From positions 36,209,712 through 36,273,711 of the forward strand of contig NC_068982.1 in the NCBI RefSeq assembly GCF_001194135.2: a DNA stretch of 64,000 bases. The letters are read 5' to 3'. Source of the stretch: Octopus bimaculoides (lineage: Eukaryota). This document shows positions 40,590 through 53,293 of this stretch, in pieces. How positions within the stretch are numbered: the first letter of the stretch is position 1; every line of letters starts with the position of its first letter. The notes below the pieces were generated by a model. That model saw only the letters and a program-made list of their open reading frames with translations, was not told where the DNA came from and ran no database searches. The position numbers were made by a program, and so were the translations under genes.

Positions 40590-41097
40590 CATCATTAGAA
40601 GCTTTTGTATGAGTTAAACGCAAAACATCCTTATGCGTCCAACCGGCTTTGGATTTATAACGTGTTGCATTCTCAGCTAGCTGCTTGGGATCCTTGGAAT
40701 TGTACCAGGAACTGATGGTCTTTCTCTGAAGTTTACCCCATCCTTTAGAAGGGTTGTTTAAAGTCTGAGAAAAGGCTATAAATGTGAATAAGTCAGTCGG
40801 TAAAGTACAAACCTCAGCCAAAGCCTTGTAGGCATCTCGTTTTGCTATTTTATCAGAACTCCGTGTACAGAGAGCCAGACAAAAAAGCAATGGGGTTTTA
40901 CGAATCGATTTACCTTCTTTGGTATATGCAAGTACCTCTTTGACAACTTCTTTACCTTTCCCATCTTCAATCAGTTTTGAAATAGTTGGAGCGCTTTCTC
41001 TTTTGAGGATTTGTTCTCCAAATTCATATAAAGGCCCTTCAGTTCCAATAGACAAGAAACGATTTAGTTTCCACAGGTCATCCGCTTCTATACTCAT
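40590..41097 (-). CDS. RO60: Ro60 / TROVE2 (60 kDa SS-A/Ro ribonucleoprotein) homologue, first recognisable coding exon (TROVE domain)
   Basis: The translation LNRFLSIGTEG...LIEDGKGKEVVKEV...PLLFCLALC...EVCTLPTDLFTFI...WGKLQRKTISSWYN...RYKSKAGWTHKDVLRLTHTK aligns colinearly with vertebrate Ro60 residues ~23-194 as I recall them (LHRFLCFGSEG, LIEDGRG, PTHLFTF, WG..RK.I..WYN, GWSHKDLLRLSH). The reading frame is open for 169 codons. A donor GATG|GTAAGT follows 40590 (phase 1), at about the position I recall for the vertebrate intron; the ORF tail KLETLLLLL is intronic. Confidence 0.93.
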
Positions 41098-41541
41098 TAT
41101 TCCTTTCTTTTCAGAACCCTTATTTTAAAACACTGAATTCAGAAAAGGTTTTCTATATCTAATAATTTTAACAAGCCATCCAGCAACCAGGCTAGCACTG
41201 CCAAACAAAAGCTGATGTGAAACGAGTATTTGACAATAAAAGATCTTGAACAGCTGAGCGAGAAGCTAAACTGCTTCCGTTTTCCAATATCGGCGCCAGA
41301 CAAAATAGCAGCAACTCTTAAGGGCACGTGTTGTTTGTCTTCTTACAAGCCTCCACCTTGAATCACACTTGTTACCTAAGGGAGTTGTCTCTTTTTTTAC
41401 TATTGAAGTAATCAAGTTAAAAGCCGAAGATCGCGCTGGGAAAAAAATTTGATGCTATTTATATATGTTGCTGCTTTTTTTTCTTTCTTACTTCTTTTGA
41501 TTTTATTTATATTTTACTGTTTTAAAGCATGTTTATGGTCG

Positions 41542-41553
41542 AAAATGGCCGCC
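41542..41553. promoter_or_regulatory. YY1-like motif AAAATGGCCGCC in the CpG-retaining region upstream of the Ro60 exon
   Basis: Motif similarity only, about 450 nt upstream of the Ro60 ATG. The TSS is not determined. Confidence 0.3.
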
Positions 41554-43044
41554 GGAGTATTGCAACTATGAGTCATGAACACAAAATAAGAAGCTAAGTT
41601 ACTAGGAAGAAGTCGGTGATCTGTCGAAGTCAGTGATTAAGTGTTAATTGCCGAGAGGCGAGTACGTTGCGCCAAAACAGTTGACAGGAAATCAAATAAA
41701 ACTACCAACTGCGCGTATTTATAATTCCAACGATGGCAATTTGGCGAAAGTGGTAAAAAAAAAAAAGCTGACAACTTAAAATGTCTTGCACCGGGTGGAG
41801 AGTGGATGCTAAGTAATGAGGATGAGGGGAAACAATCACTGTTATATCTTGGTAAATTTATAGACAAGTGTAAAATATAAATCCACTGAATTACAATTAC
41901 AAATACGAACAAGCTGGACCCGAATATGACAACAATAATGAACTACAACAATAACATCTATTCAAATATTTGTTATTAATCGATTGTTTAGTCCTCTTGA
42001 GTCATTCAGCTGTTTTCTGCTATAGTAACTTCACATTAAACATATCTAATTATAGCGAATTATTAGCTTTCTTTTTTAAAAATTGAGTAATCAAAAATAA
42101 GAAACTATTCAGAACCGGTTTTCTGCTTGATTGTTTCATAGATATAAATGTTTTTCTTCATCAGAAGATATAAGGCTACCCAGCCTCTTTGCTGCTTTCA
42201 TACAACTCCAAATCAAGTGGTATTATTACCGAGATGTCTACTATTACAGCAGGAGCAGCAGTAGTAACAACAACAATAAATGCAGCAACTCCCTACCATA
42301 GTAGTTATTAGACAGCCTTTTAATAGTTATTTCCTCTGGATATTGCGAACTGATGCCTTTTCATTGAAGCTGACAGATCAATGTTAAAAACGTCATTATT
42401 GTATGCTTAAAATAGAAAACAATAATGGCTAATGTCATCAATTTGTGAGAGTAAAAAAAAACCCAATCACTTTATTTCTCTTTCGCTTTCGATTTTATTT
42501 CCCTTGTCAGGGTAGAGGCGTGTGGAGTTACACAAACATCAGAACATCGCGCCAGATACTTAATCATATCTAAAAATATTTATCTTTTTTTTTTTATAAT
42601 TTCAGTTCATTTTAACTCATATATTTTGTTTACATAACACACAATATATTTATTATACTTATATGTATATATATCCTCGGATCGCTACTCTCAAACCAAA
42701 TTAAACAACAGTTTACATACATACGTACGTACGTACGTTCATATGTGCATGTATGTTTATGTGCGTATATGTGTGTGTGTGTATATAATATATATATGCA
42801 CACATATATTTACATGCATACATTCACACACACACACACACACACACANNNNNNNNNNNNNNNNNNNNNNNNNNNNNNNNNNNNNNNNNNNNNNNNNNNN
42901 NNNNNNNNNNNNNNNNNNNNNNNNNNNNNNNNNNNNNNNNNNNNNNNNNNNNNNNNNNNNNNNNNNNNNNNNNNNNNNNNNNNNNNNNNNNNNNNNNNNN
43001 NNNNNNNNNNNNNNNNNNNNNNNNNNNNNNNNNNNNNNNNNNNN

Positions 43045-45835
43045 CTCTGGTTATGCCCAAACGTGTTCCACATATGTCCTCCCCAACCTTCCCGCAACGC
43101 AGGAGCAGTGTTACATCTGCGTCACGCACAATAGTCGGAAGAAGGGAAGAAAGTGCTCTTACTGCAGCAATTTCTTCCACCTCTTTTGCGTCAAACTCAC
43201 TCGACGTATCTTGGAATCCCTGCCCCGGATGTACTGCCCGAGCTGCCTAACGTCAGGAGGAGAGATAACCCTCGCAACACTACGGTCGGATACAGAGATG
43301 CGGCATGATGGTGACTTGATCCCGCTCAGTCTGGACGAAGTCTTGGTGTCTTTCTCCCGTCTCAAGCAGTCAGAGAGAATCATCATCAAGATCCTTGACG
43401 TAGCGAAGCCCTAGCGTCGTCTATAGGCCATGCACTTGCTACTAATAACCCGCAAGACTGGAATAAATTATTCAGTTTTGCGACGCTTGTTCTTGGGTTC
43501 CTGAAGGCTGGTGAGGGTTCGGTTCCCTCCATGACTTCGAGGCTTATCTGTAGTGTCACTTTCTTCAGCCACTATTCACCAACCAGCGACTCGCTTGTCC
43601 CAGGCTACCCACCGGCACCGACGTCGTGCATGCAGGCACCTTCCAATTGTGCAAAAAGGCTTCGAGTTCAGGTCAATCGCAAACTAATTGAAGTCGACGT
43701 TTCTACCATGGTGTGTGTGCTGGCCTCAAGCGACACAGTGCTCGAACCTACAACGGATTTTTTACTGATCTCCATCTCAAGCATCCGGACCTTCCTGCAG
43801 TTATCAGAGGTTTCAAAATCCCTGACAGTAACACGGCTTTGTTCGTGTCCATTGATTATGTGGCTACTGCTCTGAGATCCTTCTCAGCGAGCAGCAGTAA
43901 CGGAGAAGATGGCCTGCGACCCGGCCACCTCAGATATTTAATCACGTCACACTCAAGCGGGAGCACGCTTGCCCTGATCTATCACTGTTGTAACAGTCTT
44001 CTTCGTGCGAGCCTCCTCCACCATGCCCGAGATCTCTTCTCAGCCAACCTTGCTGCATTTAAGAATGACGGAGGCTGGTAACATATTCTGAGGACTTGCG
44101 GCCAGGATAGCATGTAGATTAGTCAGGCATGACGTGAGCGAAGCACTAAGCTTTGTCCTGCTGTATGTGAGGCTGCTGCCTGTGCGACCGGACACTACAC
44201 ATAGTATACGCTTCCCTCGTCACCTTGTCTCCTGCTGAAGCTATATATAAAAGACGTCTTCAACAGCGTTAGGCAGGACCACATCTTGGAGACGTGTTCA
44301 AGACGTGCTCTCTAATTTTACTCGCTTGTATTCTTCTCCAATAAAACATTCAGCACACTTGTGGCTGCTGACAACAGGATCGCTTCTTCCCCAAATGTCC
44401 CGCAGTGTAATTCTCTTGGTCCGCTCCTTTTTGCGTTGGCTGTCAATAAGTTGCTCAATCAGTTCGCTCACCCATCAATGTCTGGTACCTGGATGACGCG
44501 ACCCTGGGTAATTCGACTGAATCTGTTGTTGGGAACCTTCAGCAGGCCATCCCAGCCCTAAAGCTTCGTGGGCTTGAGATCAACCTGTCCAAGTCGGAGG
44601 TGACAAAAGTGAGCTATGGTGAGGCTGAATTCCAGGACGCCGAACTCAGGGTCCAACCAGTCTTGGCGAAGTCTCGGCTGACATAAAGGGACGCTATCTG
44701 CATTCTTGGCTCCCCATCTTCCCGAAAGTCATAACAGAGTGTTTGGAGACCAAAGTTGTGGACTTAACTAGGATGACTGAGAGATTGCGCCTTATTGTAG
44801 CACACCCGGCGCTCTTCCTCTCGAGGAATTGCTTTGCACTGCCTAAGTTCCCTTTCTAGCTATGCAATGCGCCATGTCGCCCTCTCACAGATCGACTCAG
44901 CGATATCGATGACACCATCAGGCGCTGTACTGAACTGATCTGCAATGTTAGTTTTGACAGCAGCGGTTGGCAACAGGCTAAATTGCCTGTTAGATTCAGT
45001 GGCCATTTCACATTGGAACTGGCTCTGCCGACCTATCCAGGAACACGAGTCAGCTCTAACCGATTGGACCGTTGAAGACCTTGCCGTCCCCCAGAATACA
45101 GATGTTCAACGTAACAGTGACGATATCAAATGCAAATCTGTCTTCGGGCGGATTGAGACATCCTTAAACCAGCACCGCATTACCTGTTTCCGTTCTGCTT
45201 CGCTGCCAAACATCAGCACGTGGATCAGTTCGGTGCTCCCCTTAACAGCTAGTACCCTTCTTGATGAATGCATTCGTATCGGAGTATCCCAGCGGTTCGG
45301 TATCCTCACGCGTGAACCACACAAATGCCGATGTGGAGCGTCAGTCGATGAATTCAGCTTACAGCCATTGTGCGGGCCGGTTCCCACGACACGCCGCTCT
45401 GAATAACAAATTGAAGGAACCTCGACGCGGCCGGATTCTTGTCACAGTTGGAGCCAGTAGGTCTTGACCGCAGGGACGGTAAGCGCCCCGACGGAATAAC
45501 CCTAATCCTTAATCTGAGACGCGACGTGCTGCGATACGTTCTCCGGTTCCAGCCTTGCTGCATCGGCCGAAAACCCAGGTTTCGCCGCTCGTAACGTTGA
45601 GGAGAGGAAGACAAACACATACAGGAATCTGACCGGCCACTATCAGTTTGTGCCAGTCGCCGTCCTGACCTCAGGTGTTCTCGGACCCCGCACTGCTGAT
45701 TTCTTCCGCAAAATCGGGATAACTGCGGTCCGTCCGAGAAATGAGTCCTGCAAGGTGAAGTGGCTGTCGCAGCTAGTGTCGCTGGACATTCTCCATGGCA
45801 ACGCCTTTGCAATAGTGTTCGCGAGACGCGGCTGA
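43045..45835 (+). mobile_element. Decayed CRE-clade non-LTR retrotransposon (PHD finger + RT + restriction-like endonuclease)
   Basis: PHD C4HC3 at 43109-43246. CRE-type RT motifs: LKHP, GEDGLRPGHL, CEAAACAT, LLKL.IKDVFNSVR, VPQCNSLGPLLFALAV and WYLDDATLG (YLDD at 44486-44497). C-terminal CRCG, RH, EPVGLDRRDGKRPDG (45481-45495), FVPVAV.TSG and HGNA indicate an RLE. Many stops and frameshifts; the 5' end is lost in the N-gap. Confidence 0.85.
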
Positions 45836-45984
45836 ACACGCTATTTGGTCTGGGGTGTACAATCTGTTACTCCCTCCAACACTCAGTCTTTTGCTACTTA
45901 ATACTCCTCTACCAATTATTTTTCTTTTTGTTTCCTTGGTGAGGTAATTCTTTCTTTCTCGATAATTTGATTTTTTATACTTTT

Positions 45985-46137
45985 CATGGGCGGACCCAAA
46001 GGGTGGGGGTGGGGCTTGACGGGCACGTGCTCCCCTCAAGAAAAGAAGTGCGCCCTTCTAAATAATGTTATTATGCTCCTCTCTCCTGGAACTGTATTCC
46101 CTTCTCTCCATTCGAAAAATTCCTGGGACCGTGCCTG
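45985..46137. mobile_element. Small hAT-like MITE just 3' of the CRE element
   Basis: The termini CATGGGCGGACCCA...TGGGACCGTGCCTG are imperfect inverted repeats of the CAGGGGCGGATCC type. No clean TSD. Confidence 0.5.
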
Positions 46138-48679
46138 CTTTTAATGTTTTTTCTTTCTTTTCTTCCTGAAAAAATATGTAGCTAAATAAAACTTATGAAT
46201 TTGGAAGAAGAAAAAGAAAAAAAAATCGGTGCTTCATATTTAAGCATTTAAATACTAACATTATAGAATTTGCTTTCCTCTCTCGAGAATCAATAAAATT
46301 AATATGAGATACATACAATCGGTTTCAAGCAAGTGTTTTCCCACTATTTATTAATTAAATTATCATTTCTTGCAAATTTTCCTGTCTTTTTTTCTCTTCA
46401 TCTTCTTAATTTTGTCTCCTCTGTCTTTTAAGTTTACAAGCATAATTTATCTGCCCTCTCAAGGATATCCTCGTTTGATTTACATAGAATAAATTCTTTT
46501 AATGCGGTTTAAGTTGTAGCTAACTTGAATAGCTTCAAATTTAGGATTTAGTTTCGTTAAGAGTTCTCTACCCTGCTACTTAGAAACTTACATTGAAAGT
46601 ATTACTCATCTAAAATATTTTATATTCTTTTACTCGTTTCAGTCATTTGACTGTGGCCATGCTGGAGCACCGCCTTTAGTCGAAGAAATCGACCCCAGGA
46701 CTTATTCTTTGATATTACAGCATAAATCTTTTTTAGTAAAATAATTAAATAAATAAAAATTTAATCAAAATATCGCATGCAAACAAATCTACTCCGCTAG
46801 GATACAGTTTTCTAAATATTTCATTGACTAAAAATTTTGTAAATAAATTTATAGCATGGCCACAACTTTAAGGCTGAAACGTAAAAGAATAAAAGAATGT
46901 GTATGTGTGTGCATACAGGCTTACATATATACCTACTTACGTATGTATGTATGTATGTATATGTAACGATGATAATCTGTGCAGTTACCAACTGTAATGG
47001 GTAAGATCTGTTGTGATAACGGCAAGTTGTAAGATGTGAAAGATGGACAATGCATGAAGTTTTAAGGAAGTATTTATTTACCGTTACATTACAACACCTT
47101 GCCTCAACAGGCAGGTTATGATAAATCCAAAAGCATGCGAAGTAAAGTTTGTGTTTGTGTCATCTTCATTGCTTAGTAGTAATTACAGAGAGAGATAGAA
47201 TGATGTTGTAAGAGAATAGAATTAAAGCTAGTGAGAGTTGTCTCACAGTTGCTGACAGTAAACTTCATTTCTCCCTCTGACCAAGGTTCTAGCTGGTCAG
47301 CCAGACTTCGTTGTCATTGAAGTGACTAACTCGTTGAGTCGTCACCGACTGATTTTTGCTTGGGGTGTTCTTGTTTTTATAACTATCCAGAAAGATAGAC
47401 ATATCATTGAGAACAACAGATTTAGTTGATGGTCTTGTTATCTCTATTCTAGCTTTTGGTGAAGTAGAAGAGGTTAGAAAGGGTCAAGTGGTGAAGACAT
47501 TATTTCGGCCTAGCTAAAGGCAATCTGGCGAATGTCAAACTGCTGTCACAGAAAACCCATCGTTCCACCGTGGGAAAAGTTCTGTTGCAGTGTTAATTTA
47601 AATTTGGCTATGGTGGATCGAATCCACTTCACGCATGCAAGATCCACTACATGTGTATGTATGTATGTATGTATGTATGTATGTATGTATGTATGTACGT
47701 CGAAGACGACGTATTAGCGTTCAGCACTTTGCCGAACGATCTGCACAAATGATTTGTTTATAGTAATCAAATGTTTGTGCTGCACATTAGCTCACTCTCC
47801 CCATCAAATTGATGTTGTCTGCACAGGTGCACTGTGTGCTACACATCAAGTGGCACACAGAGCAATGTGAGATGAAATGTTTTTACTCAAGAACGCAACG
47901 CATCACCTGGTCAAGGAATTGAAACCATGATCTCACGATTGTGAGTCGAACACCTCAACCACTAGGCCATATATATGTGTACTCACTGAATTGTTGGTGT
48001 AACCATGATGTTCTGATGATCTAATGAGCAAGTTATTTTTATTTGCATTGAGTTGTGAATACACAATTTTATTGTATAATATATTGCTTGCATATTAATG
48101 CAAACTTGTAAACATAATTTTATTCCCCACTGAAATTATTACTATATGAAGGTTACAAAATAGCCTTAATCATAAAGATGTCAACTAGCTGTGGTTAAAT
48201 AAATATATTCATCTCTCATACCTTCAATGGTTTATATACTCCTCGTGAAGTAATTTAATTGATTGGATCTTTTGGATTTCAACTGCATGGACACTCTGCA
48301 TTACACTTCTCTGTATTGGATTACTAGGTGATCTGATAGCCAAGTCCGTTAGTGGAACTTTCTGTGATAGCCACATGATTCTCTGAATCCATATCTTATA
48401 CTACAATTTTAAACACACACACACACACACATGTAGTAGACTTCTTTCAGTTTCCATCTACTAAATCCAATCACAAGTCTTTGGTTGGCCTGGGGCTTAC
48501 CCAAGGTACCATACAGTCACTTGTCAAGCAAATATCTTCTATGCCATAATTGCAAATATACATACATATATGCACAAATGCATACATACATGTGTACTAG
48601 TGGCCCTTAGCAATAGGTAATTTTTCGAAAATTACAATTTTGCTGCACCCACCCCTAATCCTGAATGTACGTCTTCAGT

Positions 48680-49460
48680 TGAGTTTTTCTTCTTCCTCTT
48701 CTTCACCTTTGTCTGCTTCCAGTGTAACTTGGGCAATATTTGCCTTCACCTCTGTTGGAACATTTTCATCAAATATGGATAGAGTCACAGTTTCAGGAGC
48801 TAACTACCAGAGATGGATGGAAAAAATTTTCGCAGCAGCCTTACTGATTTCTAAAGGATGAAAAGTAAAGTCAACTTTGGCAGAATTTGAACTCAAAATG
48901 TAAAGACAGATGAGAATTTTGCACAGCATTCTAATGACTCTGCCAGATAGCTGTCTAAATCATGCATTACATATTAATGATGGGTAACTTCAACCTTCTG
49001 ATTGATTTATGAATGCTCTAAATCAGGGAATTTGCATCTTAATCCCTAACAAAACAGAAGTAGAGTCACTTTTCAACTTCAAGAACAAATTTTTTCTCTC
49101 CCTATTTCTACTTGAGCAAGCAAAAGCATTTCGGACCTGGTGTTCAGCAAACATGCTTGCAGTATTCATAATATCACAGTGTCAAAGACCCTTTTCTCAG
49201 ACCATACAAGGTACTTTGTTGCCTTATTCATAACATCCAAAAATTAGACCAAAATTACTGACTTCAGTGAACCTATTTGACATCATGGAACCACATAAAG
49301 TGAACCGGAGAGCATTTACACAACTAGTTTTTCACACTCACTTCTGATATTACAGTATCTTGGCAGTCATTTGAAGAATGCAGTTACTTACATATGCACA
49401 AACCATGCCCATCATGCTTCGCAAACAAAAATAGAAACAGGCTTTGAAGAAATAGAAAAA
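48680..49460 (-). mobile_element. Highly decayed DNA-transposase-like relic, interrupted by a SINE at ~48855-48955
   Basis: Minus strand EISKAAAKIFSIHLW*LAPETVTLSIFDENVPTEVK (48851 to ~48745), plus an upstream A*W that fits an HARW motif. I recognise this motif pair from invertebrate transposase-like proteins; the superfamily is not assigned. Confidence 0.5.
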
Positions 49461-49732
49461 TACTCATGGATGTTATATACTCCATGTAATTGGCTTGAAA
49501 AATACTCATGGATGATATATACTTTATGTGATTGACTTGAAAAAAATTGTTAAAAATATTAAGATATTTTCTTAACATGAAACCAATGGTAGCCTTAATG
49601 CACAAATAAAGAATCTTTAACCACCAATAGTGTTGCACACTCACTTTCATTGTTTGACATTTACGTAGAAATATTTATTTCTATAAAGTATATACATGTA
49701 TTCCTACATATATATATGTATATCTATCTATC

Positions 49733-49769
<37 letters not shown>

Positions 49770-50614
49770 TATATATGACATATATATAAATGTGTGCATG
49801 TATGTATATATATATATTTGTATGTATGTATATATGTGTATATATATATGNNNNNNNNNNNNNNNNNNNNNNNNNNNNNNNNNNNNNNNNNNNNNNNNNN
49901 NNNNNNNNNNNNNNNNNNNNNNNNNNNNNNNNNNNNNNNNNNNNNNNNNNNNNNNNNNNNNNNNNNNNNNNNNNNNNNNNNNNNNNNNNNNNNNNNNNNN
50001 NNNNNNNNNNNNNNNNNNNNNNNNNNNNNNNNNNNNNNNNNNNNNNNNNNNNNNNNNNNNNNNNNNNNNNNNNNNNTATATATATATATATATATATATG
50101 ACAAGATTATTTCAGTTTCCATCAACTAAATCCACTCACAAAACTTTGATGAGTCCAAATACAAAACACTTGCTCAAAGTCCTACATAATAGCATTGAGC
50201 TCAGAACCGTTTAGTTGAGAAGCAAACTTCTCAACCACACAGGCATGCCTTTACACACACACATACTCAAAACTGTTTCATAAATTTAATGTTTTAATTG
50301 CACTTTTCTGTAGCCTATCTCCCTCTACTTTAATTTCAAAAGAAAATCTTACCTCTTTCTTTTCCCAGTTGATTCCATTCACTTAGGTTATTAATGCACT
50401 TACAAAAGTTAAAAAGAGTTGCAGTTTGTCGTTCTCTTTGATAGTCACATACTTCATACTTATAACGGAAAACATAATTTTAAAACTATTAGGTTGATTG
50501 ATTCACTAGCAAAATCAAAGTAAATCAATCTCCAATAACAATTTGAAATGAAAGCAAAAAATAAAATCACAGCAGACGACGTACGCGCGTGTGAGAGTAA
50601 GAGAAAGAGAAAGA

Positions 50615-50649
<35 letters not shown>

Positions 50650-50659
50650 NNNNNNNNNN

Positions 50660-50705
<46 letters not shown>

Positions 50706-51378
50706 GGACCAACAAACGCTTTCTGTTAATAAACTGTTTAAAGTTACTTCCCTTGAAAACTGTAGTTCTAAAGAAATATTTATTTTCAGTACGTCAGTCA
50801 CATTACGCAATCTTTCTTTTGTTGATCACTCTGACCTTGTATTCTGTAGGTCCTTCTTGTTTCATAGTGTGTGTATTTAGGCGCAGTTATTAGGGATAGC
50901 AACGCTATCGGTATTACATCTCTGTGTGTTTTAGGAATTAGGTGGAAAGGGTAGCGTCTTTAAGGTGGTTTTTGATGTAGGTGAGTACAGATGTGTAAGG
51001 GGAATTTCAAATGAAGTGATAGGGACTGTGTTTGCCACATCAATGATTTGTACTCTTTGACTGTCCAAGTCGTCTTTCATTTTAAGTATTTTTAGTTTAT
51101 TATGAGGTAGATTGTGGCTAGGGTAAGCGTAGCCTAGACAGGGCTACGATGATGAATCTAATATATTGTCTGTACATTATAGTCCACCACATACAGTACC
51201 AATAAATCGTTTATGTCGTGTAGGCGTGCTTTAGAAACTTGCTTCCCAACCATGTGGACTTGGGTTCAGTCCTATTGCACAGCACCTTGAGTAAATGTCT
51301 TCTACTTATAGTCTTAGGTAGACCAAGGTCTTGTGAGTGCATTTGGTAACTGGGTTGATGGAAACTAAAAGAGCCCTT

Positions 51379-51413
<35 letters not shown>

Positions 51414-52098
51414 AAATAGTAAGGGATTACTCCAAACGTTTACCGGTTTGCTCTCATATATATAAAAGAACTAAAGGTAATGCTATGCCACTTCGTAATA
51501 ATCATTATTATTATTGTTGATATTATATATATATTTAGCAGACTGCTGTGACGAATGTGCAACATTGAAGAAAAAGGAATATTCACAAATTTATTGGCCA
51601 GTAGTGGTTAGTAAGACAGATGCATTAATAATTGACATTGGTACTATGTGTTGATCGCTCGTTGGTAGTGTGTACGTAGGGAAGCTGTGCGTTCTGCTGA
51701 CAGAGAGAAAGAAAGGGTAAGGATTACGTTATCACTTTTCATTCAGTCGATGTGTGCAAAGCGAAGTGATCCCGGCTGGAGGTTTGCCAACAAAAGAGGG
51801 TGAAAGAGAGAAATGGGTCTCAATTAAATAAGGTATGGCCAAGATGTAGGTGAAGCCTAAAACAATGGACTAACTCTTCCATGACCAACAAAGGTCTCCT
51901 GAGGTCAGGTGTTTCTCATTAATCTCCCAGTATGGAAAAAATTATCTTAACTGGTATATCACACATACTGAGAAAAGTACATATCTTTTAAAGTATTGTC
52001 TTGTCAGTTCATTCTTACTTCCTTGTCAGTATGTACATTATGTACTGACCAAAACCTTGTGAGTGGATTTGGTAGACAGAAACTGAAAGAAGACTGTC

Positions 52099-52130
<32 letters not shown>

Positions 52131-52449
52131 TTATGTGTGTGTCTGTGTTTGTCCCCACCACCGTTGCTTCTCAACTGATGTTGGTGTGTTTATGTCTCTA
52201 TTACTTAGCAGTTCGGCAAAAGTGACCAATAGAATAAGTACCAAGCTTACAAAGAATAAGTCCTGGGGTCAATTTTTTCGACTAAAAGGTGGTGTTCCAG
52301 CATGGCCACAGTCAAATGACTGAAACAAGAAAAAGAAAATTCACAGCGACAATGCTCTTCTCAGTATGTGTGACGTCCCAGTTAAGACACTCTTTTGCAC
52401 TTCCTGCATGGATGGTAAGCCAGGGATCATTCTTAGATAATTTTCCATT

Positions 52450-52985
52450 ATCATTATCATTGAGTGAGAGAGCAGATCATGCCATCAAAATGACACTGGG
52501 ATACAATTACCAATGTACCCATCACGACTACCTGTCTGATAAGGGTACACCAGGCACATACATCACAATTACATGTGCGTGACATGGTGATCTTATATCA
52601 AGATAAACAGTGCATGACTTGCAGGTGGAGCCCAGTTAGAATTTTCTTCAGGTCGAGTAGCCCATCCTGCTCAAAAGGTTTAAGGATGATGAATGAAACA
52701 CCCATGTTTCCAGAGGTGAATTATTCAAACCCCAAAGAATTCCTTGCAACACATGGCTATGATGCTCCGCCATTACTTCTGCTCACGACCAGAGATGCAC
52801 ATATCATCAGCCACTAAGGGACATGCTCAACTGGTTAAGGTCAAACAACTGACAAACGAATCTCTGGTATTGAGCAGAATATTTACTGTAGCCCATCTTT
52901 TCTACCAAGACAAAACAGTGTACATGATAACACTTCCAATCAGTTAAGATCAAAAGCCATGAGAGCCACTGCTTGGTATTGCATC
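52450..52985. repeat. Unclassified interspersed repeat
   Basis: Part of it recurs as a diverged reverse complement at ~27285-27465. Confidence 0.55.
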
Positions 52986-53004
52986 AAGGCATTTTTTTTT
53001 TTTT

Positions 53005-53050
<46 letters not shown>

Positions 53051-53259
53051 TCAGTAGTTTTATTTTTGTAACGTGCTTTCACTTCACTACCGAGCGCAGC
53101 TCTGTGTGCCTTGGGTATGTGCTGTGGTTTGCTGTGGTGCTCTTATGTTTACTGTATTGAAAGTGTTTTGCGTAGAATGTGTGCAGTACCCAGTAGTGCA
53201 ATTTTCTGTATGTTATATATATTTGTAAGTCCTGCTATTTTTGTTATGTATTTGTCTGA

Positions 53260-53293
<34 letters not shown>

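Noticed and set aside
41139-41327. Possible uORF upstream of Ro60
   Set aside because: Starts at GTG, has no homology, and it is unknown whether it is exonic.
42822-43044. (CA)n next to the CRE 5' end suggesting microsatellite-specific insertion
   Set aside because: A gap separates them, and the 3' flank has no (CA)n or TSD.
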